From Thermoplasmata archaeon (GTDB lineage: Archaea; Thermoplasmatota; Thermoplasmata; Lutacidiplasmatales; UBA184), in assembly GCA_035502475.1 (NCBI GenBank), contig DATJUJ010000030.1, positions 2,343 to 66,342 on the forward strand: a DNA stretch of 64,000 bases, written 5' to 3'. The position numbers were made by a program, and so were the translations under genes. Position 1 is the stretch's first letter. The number at the start of each line of letters is the position of its first letter. The notes beneath the pieces are model-generated. The model searched no databases. It saw only the letters and a program-made list of their open reading frames with translations, and was not told the DNA's origin. Positions 52,316 to 60,746 of this stretch are shown here, in pieces.

Positions 52316-54064
52316 ATGAACGAGCTCTCGGTGCGGGCCGGTGGCCAGGCGGGAGACGGGATCGCCTCGATCGGAGAGGCGATCGCCCGCTGCTACTCCC
52401 GGATGGGCCTCCACGTCTTCGGCCTCAACGCCTACCAGTCGGTGATCCGCGGAGGGCACGTCTGGTACCAGGCACGCACCGGCCCGGGTCGCGCGTACTC
52501 CCAAGGCGACGGCGCCGACATTCTCTACGCGCTCGACAAGCAGACCGTCGAGGTGCACGTCCCCACGCTGCGTCCCGGCGGCACCGTCATCCACGACCCC
52601 GAGAAGTTCGCGGTCGGGGACCTCCCCTCCGGCATCACCGCCCTCCCGGTCCCGACGCTCGAGATCGCCCGCAAGTACACGAGCCAGTCGATCCTCCAGA
52701 ACGCGGCCGGCATGGGCGCCGCGGCCTTCCTCGGCGGCATCCCGCTCGACACCCTGCATGCCGTGCTCACCGACTCCTTCGGTCGGAAGGCCGGCGACAT
52801 CGTCACGTGGAACCTCGGCGCGAGCGCGGCCGGCTACGAGTTCGCCCAGCAGCACGCGAGCGTCCACCCGAACGCCCCGTCGAAGGCCGGGGAGCCGAAG
52901 CTCCTCATGACCGGCAACCAGGCGATCGCGCTCGGCGCCGCCGCGGCCGGCTGCAAGTTCCTCGCCCAGTACCCGATGACCCCGGCGTCGTCGATCATGC
53001 ACTGGATGGCCGCCCATGCGACCGACCTCGGCATCGTCGTGAAGCAGGCCGAGGACGAGCTCGGGGCGATCAACATGGCGATCGGAGCCTCGTTCGGCGG
53101 CGTCCGGGCGATGACCGCGACCAGCGGCGGCGGGTTCGCGCTGATGGTCGAGGCGCTCGGGATGGCCGGCATGACCGAGACCCCGCTCGTCGTGGTCGAG
53201 TCGCAGCGCTCCGGGCCCTCGACCGGGCTGCCGACGAAGACCGAGCAGGGCGATCTCAACATGATGCTCGGGGCCGGCCAGAGCGAGTTCCCCCGCGCGA
53301 TCCTCGCCCCCTCGAACGCGGCCGAGGCGTACCGGGCGATGCTCCGCGCCTTCCAGCTCGCGGAGGACTGGCAGACGCCGGTGCTCGTCGCGAGCGATCT
53401 CCACCTGTCGGAGAGCCACATGACGGTCGATCGCTCCGAGATCGACCTCGACGTCGACCTCCCGAGCCTGTTCACCGTCACGCCGAACGGCCACGACTAC
53501 AAGCGCTACCAGTACACGGACTCCGGCGTCTCCCCGCGGGCGATCCCCGGGCAGCCGGGGCTCAACTTCGTCGCCGGCTCGGACGAGCATGACGAGAAGG
53601 GCCACCTCGTCTCGGACGTGAAGTCGGGCATCCCCGTCTGGGTCGCGGAGCGCCAGCGGATGATGGAAAAGCGGATGCACAAGCTCGCGGGGCTCACGGC
53701 CCAGAGCGCGCCGCCGGCGTTCGAGGGACCGGCGGACGCCGACCTCACGTTCGTCGCCTGGGGCTCCACGATCGGGGCCGTGCGCGATGCGATGCCGATG
53801 CTCAGCGCGCGGGGCAAGAAGACGAACCTCCTCGCGTTCCCGACGGTCTACCCGCTCGACCCGGGCCGCGTCCTGGCGGCGTTCGGCCAGACGCGGCGGA
53901 CGCTGCTGGTCGAGGAGAACTTCTCCGGCCAGTTCGGGCGGCTCCTGCGGGCGGAGACCGGCATCCACCTCACGAGCCGGCTGCTCAAGTACGACGGGGA
54001 ACCGTTCTATCCCCACGAGGTAGTGGTGCGCGCGATGGAGGTGCTGAGCGATGGCGGACAGTAG
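52316..54064 (+). CDS. korA: 2-oxoacid:ferredoxin oxidoreductase alpha subunit (fused alpha/gamma type).
   Basis: Gamma-like N-domain plus pyrimidine-binding domain (MTGNQAIALGAAAAG, TATSGGGFALMVEALGMAGMTE), 582 aa. Confidence 0.9.
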   Translation: MNELSVRAGGQAGDGIASIGEAIARCYSRMGLHVFGLNAYQSVIRGGHVWYQARTGPGRAYSQGDGADILYALDKQTVEVHVPTLRPGGTVIHDPEKFAVGDLPSGITALPVPTLEIARKYTSQSILQNAAGMGAAAFLGGIPLDTLHAVLTDSFGRKAGDIVTWNLGASAAGYEFAQQHASVHPNAPSKAGEPKLLMTGNQAIALGAAAAGCKFLAQYPMTPASSIMHWMAAHATDLGIVVKQAEDELGAINMAIGASFGGVRAMTATSGGGFALMVEALGMAGMTETPLVVVESQRSGPSTGLPTKTEQGDLNMMLGAGQSEFPRAILAPSNAAEAYRAMLRAFQLAEDWQTPVLVASDLHLSESHMTVDRSEIDLDVDLPSLFTVTPNGHDYKRYQYTDSGVSPRAIPGQPGLNFVAGSDEHDEKGHLVSDVKSGIPVWVAERQRMMEKRMHKLAGLTAQSAPPAFEGPADADLTFVAWGSTIGAVRDAMPMLSARGKKTNLLAFPTVYPLDPGRVLAAFGQTRRTLLVEENFSGQFGRLLRAETGIHLTSRLLKYDGEPFYPHEVVVRAMEVLSDGGQ

Positions 54065-54950
54065 CGCGGCGCGCCCTCCGACGGGCCTCGGGACCCCGCT
54101 GCCCGTCGTCGGCAAGTCGGACACGAAGCCGACCTGGTGCCCCGGCTGCGGCGACTTCGGGGTCGTCGCGGCGGTCGAGGGCGCGCTGAAGCGCCTCAAG
54201 ATCCCGAGCCATGAGGTCGTGATCGTCTCGGGGATCGGCTGCTCGTCGAACCTCCCCCACTTCCTCTCGTCCTACGGCTTCCACGGGATCCACGGCCGCT
54301 CCCTGCCGGTCGCCGAGGGCATCCGGTGGGCGAACCACGCGCTCACCGTGATCGGCACGGGCGGCGACGGCGACGGCTTCGGGATCGGCGTGGGCCACTT
54401 CGTCCACGCGATGCGCCGGAACGTCGACCTCACGTACGTGACGATGGACAACCAGATCTACGGGCTCACGACCGGCCAGGCGAGCCCGACCTCCACGATG
54501 GGGCAGAAGACCAAGTCGACGCCCCACGGGGTCATCGAGAACCCGATCGATCCCATCGCGCTCGCCCTCGCCTCGGGGGCCACCTACGTGGCCCGCGGCT
54601 TCTCCGGCGACGTGAAGCAGCTCACGGACCTGGTCGCGGGCGGCATCCAGCACAAGGGGTTCGCGCTCGTCGACGTGTTCAGCCCGTGCGTGACCTACAA
54701 CAAGCTCAACACGTTCGACTTCTTCCGCCAGCGCGTCTACAAGCTTGAGAGCGCCGGCCACGACCCCTCCAACCTCGTGACCGCGTGGGAGCGCGCGCTC
54801 GAGTGGGGCGACAAGATCCCGATCGGGCTGTTCTACCGGACCGAGCGCCCGACGTACGAGGACCTCGAGGAGGTCCTGCAGCCCGGACCGCTCGTCCACC
54901 AACCGGCGGGCACGCGCGGGAAGACGTCGCTCCTCGACGAGTTCGTCTAG
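54051..54950 (+). CDS. korB: 2-oxoacid:ferredoxin oxidoreductase beta subunit (TPP-binding).
   Basis: Sequence WCPGCGDFG...GIGCSS...GGDGDGFGIG. The ATG lies 14 nt before the korA stop. The protein is 299 aa. Confidence 0.9.
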   Translation: MADSSAARPPTGLGTPLPVVGKSDTKPTWCPGCGDFGVVAAVEGALKRLKIPSHEVVIVSGIGCSSNLPHFLSSYGFHGIHGRSLPVAEGIRWANHALTVIGTGGDGDGFGIGVGHFVHAMRRNVDLTYVTMDNQIYGLTTGQASPTSTMGQKTKSTPHGVIENPIDPIALALASGATYVARGFSGDVKQLTDLVAGGIQHKGFALVDVFSPCVTYNKLNTFDFFRQRVYKLESAGHDPSNLVTAWERALEWGDKIPIGLFYRTERPTYEDLEEVLQPGPLVHQPAGTRGKTSLLDEFV

Positions 54951-54959
54951 GGGCTCTCC

Positions 54960-57038
54960 TCAGGCGCCCGTGCGCTCGAACAGATAGGCGTCCCCTTCCG
55001 CGAACTGCACGGCGTACCCCGCCGGGTCGGCGAGCAGCGGAGCCGGCGAGAACGCCGGCCAGAGCACCGTGTTGTTCCCGGTGACCGCGACGTAGCCCAC
55101 GTCGAGCGCCGCCATCGCCGCCTCCCCGGCGGCGTCGAGCGTGCCGTTGGTGAGCTCGCGCACGATCGTCCGGTAGGACGTGTTGATCCACGGCCAGCCC
55201 GGGACCATCGGGTACAGCAGCACGATATCGCGGGCGTACCCGGGAAGGAATTCGGCGGCGCTCCCGGGCGCGACGAGGACGCGGGCCCCGCTCGGCAGGT
55301 GGGCCCCCGCGTAGGCGAGCAGGGCGAAGTCGGCCGCGGTGACATTCCCGAAGTCTCCGTAGAGGTCGCCGAGCACCGGGGGCAGCTGGGTCGCGGTGAG
55401 CGTCACCGCCGGGACCACGATGGCGAGCGCGACGACCGCGGCGACCGCGGAACGCGAGACCCGGGGGCCGGGGCGTCCGTCGAGCGCCCAGCGCGAGGAA
55501 CGCCCCACCGGCGGGGACCGTGCGGCCTCCGGGGCCGGCGCGGCGGGCGCCGACCCGGCCTCGAGCGCGAGCGCGAGGGGCAGGACCGCGATGAGGCCAT
55601 AGAGCGCGAACAGCCACGTGGAGAGCTCGGCGCCGCTCGAGAGGCGCGCGAAATCCGCCCCGGGTCCAAAGCCGGCCGACGACGCCCAGAGGAGGCCGAG
55701 GAGGAGGACGATCGAGGCGATCCCCCCCGCCAGCAGGACCCGCGCCGTCTCGAGGTAGCGGCCGAGCGGGCTCTGCCGTCCGACCACGAGGAGGAGGGCC
55801 AGCCCGACGGTGAGGAGGACCGCGAGCTCGAGCCGCAGCAGCGGGATGGGGGCGAGCGCGACGTCGCTCGGACGGAACAGGTACGGATCGATGCTCCCGA
55901 CGAACTGCGCGCCGGAGATCCCCGGCGCTCCGCCGTTCGGCGGCGCGGCCGACCCCGGGACGAACCCGGGGCTCCCGAGCCCGCGCGCGAGGACCACGAG
56001 GGTCGGAACGATCGCCACCAGGGCGAGCGCAAGGGTGACCGCCCAGCGCCCGAGCCAGGCGCGCGGGGCGCCGCCGAACGCGGGTCGGGCGAGCCCCCCC
56101 GCGCAGAGGAGCGCCAGCGCGACCCACTCGGCCCCCACGGGATTGAGCGCTGCCGAGTAGCCGAGCAGGAGCCCGAAGGCCGCCAGATCGCCCCAGCCCG
56201 GCGGAGGCGCGCGGACCCAGCGGGCCGACTGCGCGAAGAGCAGCAGGACGAGCGGGAAGGCGAGGACGAAATCGTTGCTGCCGCCCACCATCGCCCGGGA
56301 TCCGGGCCCGATCCACGCGAAGCCGATCGCCACGGCTGCGGCGGCCCGGTCCGTCCGGAACCAGCGCCGACCGAGGACGAAGCCCCCGAGCGGGGCCAGC
56401 GCGAGGAACAGCGGCGTGACGAGGAGGCTGGTCCGGGCGGCGGGGAGGCCGAACGCCGCCTGGGCGCTCCCGAGCCACGCGGTCGTCCCCTGGGGGTAGA
56501 GCACCCCCACGGAGGCGAACGGGGCGAAGGAGGTGGGGGTCGTCCCGTTCCGGAGCAGGAGCGCGGTGTACGTCGTGAGGAGGCTCGAATCGTACGTGTT
56601 CCCCGTCCCGACCGGCAGCGCGACCGCGACCTCGAGGATGTAGAGCGCCAGCGCGGAGAGCAACGCGATCGCGACCGGCCACCGGCGCAGCAGCGCCTCC
56701 GCCGCGCGGAGCCGACGGGTGAGGGCCGCGCGCCCGTCGCGCACGAGCCGGAACGCGACGACGGCGAGCCCGAGGCCGACGAGCACGACCAGTGCCGGGA
56801 GCCCGAACAGGCCCCACGGCAACACCGCCGCTAGGTAGACGGCCGCGCCCCCGAGGTAGAGATCGGTCAGCCCCCGCTCGACCGGCTCGAGGGTTCGCCA
56901 CGAGGGGACCCACCGCGCCGCCGAGCCCCGGAGCGTCTCGCCCAGGGTCGCGACCGCGACGGCGGCGACCAGGAGCTCGACGGCCCACGCGGCCCCGTTC
57001 GGGCCGGGAACGGTCACGGCCTCGGGAGGTCGACCCAC
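54960..57038 (-). CDS. Large polytopic membrane protein with a C-terminal extracytoplasmic domain; a candidate GT-C-type glycosyltransferase.
   Basis: The 692-aa protein has more than 12 TM helices and a sequon-bearing C-terminal domain (PWINTSYRTIVRELTNGTLD...GNNTVLW). No WWDYG (AglB) motif was seen. The real start may be the internal GTG at about 57014. Confidence 0.45.
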   Translation of the reverse strand: MGRPPEAVTVPGPNGAAWAVELLVAAVAVATLGETLRGSAARWVPSWRTLEPVERGLTDLYLGGAAVYLAAVLPWGLFGLPALVVLVGLGLAVVAFRLVRDGRAALTRRLRAAEALLRRWPVAIALLSALALYILEVAVALPVGTGNTYDSSLLTTYTALLLRNGTTPTSFAPFASVGVLYPQGTTAWLGSAQAAFGLPAARTSLLVTPLFLALAPLGGFVLGRRWFRTDRAAAAVAIGFAWIGPGSRAMVGGSNDFVLAFPLVLLLFAQSARWVRAPPPGWGDLAAFGLLLGYSAALNPVGAEWVALALLCAGGLARPAFGGAPRAWLGRWAVTLALALVAIVPTLVVLARGLGSPGFVPGSAAPPNGGAPGISGAQFVGSIDPYLFRPSDVALAPIPLLRLELAVLLTVGLALLLVVGRQSPLGRYLETARVLLAGGIASIVLLLGLLWASSAGFGPGADFARLSSGAELSTWLFALYGLIAVLPLALALEAGSAPAAPAPEAARSPPVGRSSRWALDGRPGPRVSRSAVAAVVALAIVVPAVTLTATQLPPVLGDLYGDFGNVTAADFALLAYAGAHLPSGARVLVAPGSAAEFLPGYARDIVLLYPMVPGWPWINTSYRTIVRELTNGTLDAAGEAAMAALDVGYVAVTGNNTVLWPAFSPAPLLADPAGYAVQFAEGDAYLFERTGA

Positions 57039-57110
57039 CTAAAAACAATCGGTTCCGTCGAAACGCTACGTATTTACCGTCCCGCGGCAGCGTGAGCCCG
57101 GGCGACCGCC

Positions 57111-58685
57111 GTGAGCACTTCCCGAGACGAGGTCCGGGAGGGACTGTCGAGCGTCACGCGGGGGACGCTGTTCCTGCTCGTCGCCGCCCTCGTCTACGTC
57201 GGCCTCAGCTTCGCTTCGCGCGTGATCGTCGTGCGCAACCTCTCCACCGGGGAGTACAGCGCGTACGCGCTCGCCCTGACCCTGACGGGCGTGATCGCGG
57301 CGATCGGCTCGCTCGGGCTGCCGAACGCGATCGCCCGCAGCCTGCCGTACACGAGCCAGGACGCCGACCGACGCGCGATGGTCCGCGGCACGATGCTGAT
57401 CGGGAGCGCGGCGGGGCTCGCGGGGAGCGTCACGCTGTTCCTCCTGGCCGGGGCGATCGGTCACGCGCTGGGCACCTCGAGCCCCACCCCGCAGCAGATC
57501 ACGCTCGCAATGCAGCTGTTCTCGATCACGATCGCCACCTCCGTGATCTCGACCCTCATCGCGTCGATCTTCCAGGGCTACGAGGACGTGCTCCCGAACG
57601 CCCTGTTCGTGCAGATCGTGTTCCCGGCGCTCTTCCTCGTCTTCCTCATCGCCCTGTTCGTCGACACCCCCTCCGGCCTCTCGTACTTCGAGGTCCTGGT
57701 CGCGTACGCGGCCTCGAACGTGGTCGCGCTCGGCGCGCTCGCGCTCTACGCCGTCCGCAAGCTCCCGCGACGACTGCCGCCCGGACCCCGGAACCCGGCG
57801 GCGCTTCGCCGACTGCTCACGTTCGCGTCCCCGCTGCTCGTGGTCGGGATCATGAACACGCTCACGGGCTCCGGCGACACGCTGGTGCTGGGGATCTACC
57901 ACTCGGGCGAGCTGGCGAGCTACTCGGCCTCGCTCACCCTCGCGCGCCTGCTGCAGGTCGGGGTGACCGCCGCGTCGTACATCTTCCTCCCGGTCGCGAC
58001 CCGCTTCCTGCGACGCGCGGACAACGCCTCGGTCGAGCTGACGTTCACGACGGTCACCAAGTGGATGATCGTCTTCTCCCTGCCCCTCTTCCTGCTCTTC
58101 TTCTTCCTGCCCTCCGAGTCGCTGCTGTTCGTCTACAAGCCGCCGTACGGCGCGGTCACGCTCCCGCTCGACATCCTCGTGCTGGGAGCGTTCGCGACCA
58201 CGCTCCTCGGGCCCGGCCCCTCGGTCCAGGTCGCCAACGGACGGACCCGGCTGCTCGCGTACAACGCGATCATCGCGGGATTCATCGACCTCGGGGTCGC
58301 GTTCGCGCTCGTCCCCACGTACGGGTACGTAGGCGCCGCGATCGCGTGGGCGAGCGCGAACGCCGCCTACTCGCTCCTCTCGATCGTGGAGCTAGGGACG
58401 CTCGACGGGATCCATCCGTTCCGGGGCCACTTCGTCATCCCGCTCGTCGCCACCGCGGTCCCCGTCGGGCTCCTCCTTGGGCTGTACCGTGTCCCGCTCC
58501 CGCTCTGGAGCCTGCCGCCCCTCGGTCTCGGGATCGCGGCCCTGTTCGTCCTGCTGGTGCTGATCACCCGCAGCGTCGACGTCGGGGACGCCATGCTCAT
58601 GGACGCCGTCGAGCGGATGCTCGGCACGCCCCTGCCCCGGCTCCGGCGGCTCGGGCGCCTCGGGCTGCGACGCTCCGGTCCCTGA
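57111..58685 (+). CDS. Oligosaccharide/polysaccharide flippase (MOP superfamily, Wzx/RfbX-like; AglR-like in archaea).
   Basis: The 524-aa protein has about 14 TM helices. The N-terminus reads TRGTLFLLVAALVYVGLSFASRVIVVRNLSTGEYSAYALALT. GTG start. Confidence 0.75.
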   Translation: MSTSRDEVREGLSSVTRGTLFLLVAALVYVGLSFASRVIVVRNLSTGEYSAYALALTLTGVIAAIGSLGLPNAIARSLPYTSQDADRRAMVRGTMLIGSAAGLAGSVTLFLLAGAIGHALGTSSPTPQQITLAMQLFSITIATSVISTLIASIFQGYEDVLPNALFVQIVFPALFLVFLIALFVDTPSGLSYFEVLVAYAASNVVALGALALYAVRKLPRRLPPGPRNPAALRRLLTFASPLLVVGIMNTLTGSGDTLVLGIYHSGELASYSASLTLARLLQVGVTAASYIFLPVATRFLRRADNASVELTFTTVTKWMIVFSLPLFLLFFFLPSESLLFVYKPPYGAVTLPLDILVLGAFATTLLGPGPSVQVANGRTRLLAYNAIIAGFIDLGVAFALVPTYGYVGAAIAWASANAAYSLLSIVELGTLDGIHPFRGHFVIPLVATAVPVGLLLGLYRVPLPLWSLPPLGLGIAALFVLLVLITRSVDVGDAMLMDAVERMLGTPLPRLRRLGRLGLRRSGP

Positions 58686-58955
58686 GCCTGCGGTCGGCGC
58701 TCGGGCGCCGAGCACGTGGTCGACGAGCAGCAGCACGACGCCCGCGGCCAGCAGGAAGAAGACGTACTCCGCGAGCGTGTTCGCGGCCCCCACGTCCCCG
58801 GTCGCGTCGACGACCGCGGTGACCACCAGCAGTCCCAGGGCGCCGCCGATCGGGTAGCGGGCGTCGAGATGCGCCCAGACCGAGTAGACCATGTACCCGG
58901 CGAGCAGCACGAGGAACGCCTCGGCGTACGGGAACGTCACCGGACCCGCGACCAC
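58392..58955 (-). CDS. Doubtful ORF: an N-terminal two-TM segment followed by an acidic low-complexity tail, antisense to the flippase 3' end.
   Basis: The first roughly 90 aa look membrane-protein-like (FLVLLAGYMVYSVWAHL...YVFFLLAAGVVLLLV). The remainder overlaps the flippase in antisense and is compositionally noise-like. Confidence 0.2.
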   Translation of the reverse strand: MVAGPVTFPYAEAFLVLLAGYMVYSVWAHLDARYPIGGALGLLVVTAVVDATGDVGAANTLAEYVFFLLAAGVVLLLVDHVLGARAPTAGSGTGASQPEAPEPPEPGQGRAEHPLDGVHEHGVPDVDAAGDQHQQDEQGRDPETEGRQAPERERDTVQPKEEPDGDRGGDERDDEVAPERMDPVERP

Positions 58956-59100
58956 CCCGGAGGCCTAAATCGTACGGTGGCCGGGGGGCGCGCCCCGAAT
59001 CGACGTGCGACGACCTGCCGTATAACCTCCTCGCCCTCCACGTCAGGTTTATAGCGGCCGGCCGTCATCGGACGAGGCAAGAGAGGCGGTCGTTCGCTCC

Positions 59101-59703
59101 ATGAGCCCCCCCTCACGGTTCCATCGCATCGTACCCGCCGCGCTGGGGGCCGCCATGCTCGCGGTCCTGATCGCGGCCGCACTGTCCCCCAACACCGGAG
59201 CCGTGCCGGCGCAGTCGAACTGTACGTACGGCCAGTGCCCGTCCTCGACGACCCCGTTCCCCTGGTGGATCGTGGCGCTCGTCGTGGTCATCGTCGTCGC
59301 GGCGATCATCGGGCTCCTCCTCGTGATGCGCGGCCGCCGCAAGAAGCCGCCCGCCCAGCCCCCGCTCACCGCGTGGGGCGGGACGGGGGCCGGTGGAGCG
59401 GCGGGGGGAGCCGCGGCCGCCGGCGGGCCCAGCCCGCCCGCGGGACCCGGGACCTCCCCGGCGTACCTCGAGACGCCCGAAGACGTGAGCTCGGCCCCGC
59501 CCGTGGTCGCTCCGACGCCCGCCGTCGGGGCCGCGGCGGGGGCGGCCACGGCGGGAGCCGCGGCGGGGGCCGCCGGCGCCGAGGCGGAGCCGGACATCGA
59601 CTCCCTCATGGCGGAGCTCGACAAGATCAGCGGCGAGATCCTGAAGCGAGCCCCGAAGAAGGGCTCCGAGTCGCAGACCCCGAGCCCCGACGACGAGGAA
59701 TAG
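59101..59703 (+). CDS. Single-pass membrane protein: signal peptide, short Cys-containing ectodomain, TM helix, and a Gly/Ala/Pro-rich cytoplasmic tail.
   Basis: Signal-like stretch LGAAMLAVLIAAALS. Ectodomain ...QSNCTYGQCPSSTTPFP. TM helix WWIVALVVVIVVAAIIGLLLV. C-terminus DIDSLMAELDKISGEILKR. The protein is 200 aa. Confidence 0.45.
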   Translation: MSPPSRFHRIVPAALGAAMLAVLIAAALSPNTGAVPAQSNCTYGQCPSSTTPFPWWIVALVVVIVVAAIIGLLLVMRGRRKKPPAQPPLTAWGGTGAGGAAGGAAAAGGPSPPAGPGTSPAYLETPEDVSSAPPVVAPTPAVGAAAGAATAGAAAGAAGAEAEPDIDSLMAELDKISGEILKRAPKKGSESQTPSPDDEE

Positions 59704-59766
59704 GCGCCTCGCGGCGGCCGGAGCGGAGAGCGCTCCTTATGAGGGCCCGGCGGCCTTTCTCGATCG

Positions 59767-60018
59767 ATGACCGCTCCGGTCTCCGCCCACGAGGCCCAGC
59801 TCCTCGACGAGCTCCACCGGGCCGTGGCGGGAGCGCGGGAACGCCCGACCGAGATCGAGGTCGGCATCGCGCTGTCGATCGCGCTCGGCCGCCAGCGCCC
59901 GGCCGTCTCGTGCGGCGGTTGCTCGACGCCCCTCGAGTTCGAAGGGATCCCGGCGCGGACCAACGCCCGGCTCGAGGTGCCGTTCCGGCTGGTCTTCCCG
60001 TCGTCGGCGGGCTCGTAG
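59767..60018 (+). CDS. Small hypothetical protein (83 aa).
   Basis: Sequence MTAPVSAHEAQLLDELHRAVAG...CGGCSTPLEFEGIPA. The composition is protein-like but no motif was recognised. Confidence 0.25.
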   Translation: MTAPVSAHEAQLLDELHRAVAGARERPTEIEVGIALSIALGRQRPAVSCGGCSTPLEFEGIPARTNARLEVPFRLVFPSSAGS

Positions 60019-60052
60019 CGGCCGACCGGTCGACAGAGGGATCTCGGCCGGG

Positions 60053-60745
60053 ATGACGTTCTCCCTCATCCAGTCCCTGGTCAACCTCACGACCACCGTC
60101 CTCGCGGACATCGGGCTCCCGGGGCTGTTCGCCCTCATGGTGATCGAGAGCATCGGCGTCCCGCCGCTCCCGAGCGAGGTGATCCTGCCGTTCTCCGGAT
60201 TCCTGGTCGCGGAGGGCGTCTTCGGATTCGTGCCGGCCGTGGCGGTCGCGGTCGCCGGCGGGATGGTCGGCGCGTACATCGCCTACGCGATCGGGCGCTG
60301 GGGCCGGCATCGCATCGCCGACCTCGGCATCGGTCGATTGAGGCTCGACCACGACCACCTCGAGCGGATGGACCGGTTCTTCGCCCGCCGCGGCGAGATC
60401 ACGGTCGGGCTCGCCCGGCTCGTCCCGGTGGTGCGCGCGTACGTGAGCTATCCGGCGGGGACCGCGCGGATGGAGCCGGCGCGCTTTGGCGTGTTCACCT
60501 TCCTGGGGTCGCTCCCGTTCGCGATCGGCCTCATCTACGCCGGCGTCGAACTGCGCTCCCACTGGGGGATCGTCGCGGCCGAGCTCGGGCTGCTCGACGA
60601 CGCGCTGATCGTCGTCCTGGTCCTCGTCGTGCTCTACCTGGGACTGGTCGCGCTGGGAGTCCTCCGGCCCAAGTTCCTCACCGGGGGCGCGCCCTCACCC
60701 CCGGGATCCACGCCCCCCGAGCCGCCGGGCCCGCCGAAGGCGTAG
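60053..60745 (+). CDS. DedA/SNARE-associated (TVP38/TMEM64) family membrane protein.
   Basis: Sequence GLPGLFALMVIESIGVPPLPSEVILPFSGFLVAEG, with the characteristic re-entrant-loop glycines. The protein is 230 aa. Confidence 0.8.
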   Translation: MTFSLIQSLVNLTTTVLADIGLPGLFALMVIESIGVPPLPSEVILPFSGFLVAEGVFGFVPAVAVAVAGGMVGAYIAYAIGRWGRHRIADLGIGRLRLDHDHLERMDRFFARRGEITVGLARLVPVVRAYVSYPAGTARMEPARFGVFTFLGSLPFAIGLIYAGVELRSHWGIVAAELGLLDDALIVVLVLVVLYLGLVALGVLRPKFLTGGAPSPPGSTPPEPPGPPKA

Positions 60746-60746
60746 G

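Noticed and set aside
51965-54199. A 744-aa minus-strand ORF over korA.
   Set aside because: Only its last 85 codons (moaD, 51965..52222) are real. The remainder is an antisense shadow of the 2-oxoacid:ferredoxin oxidoreductase alpha gene.
54706-57048. A 780-aa minus-strand ORF and the 511-aa plus-strand ORF 55299..56834 across the GT-C-like membrane protein gene.
   Set aside because: They are Arg/Gly/Pro-rich alternative or antisense frames. The 54960..57038 frame has the coherent multi-TM hydropathy pattern.
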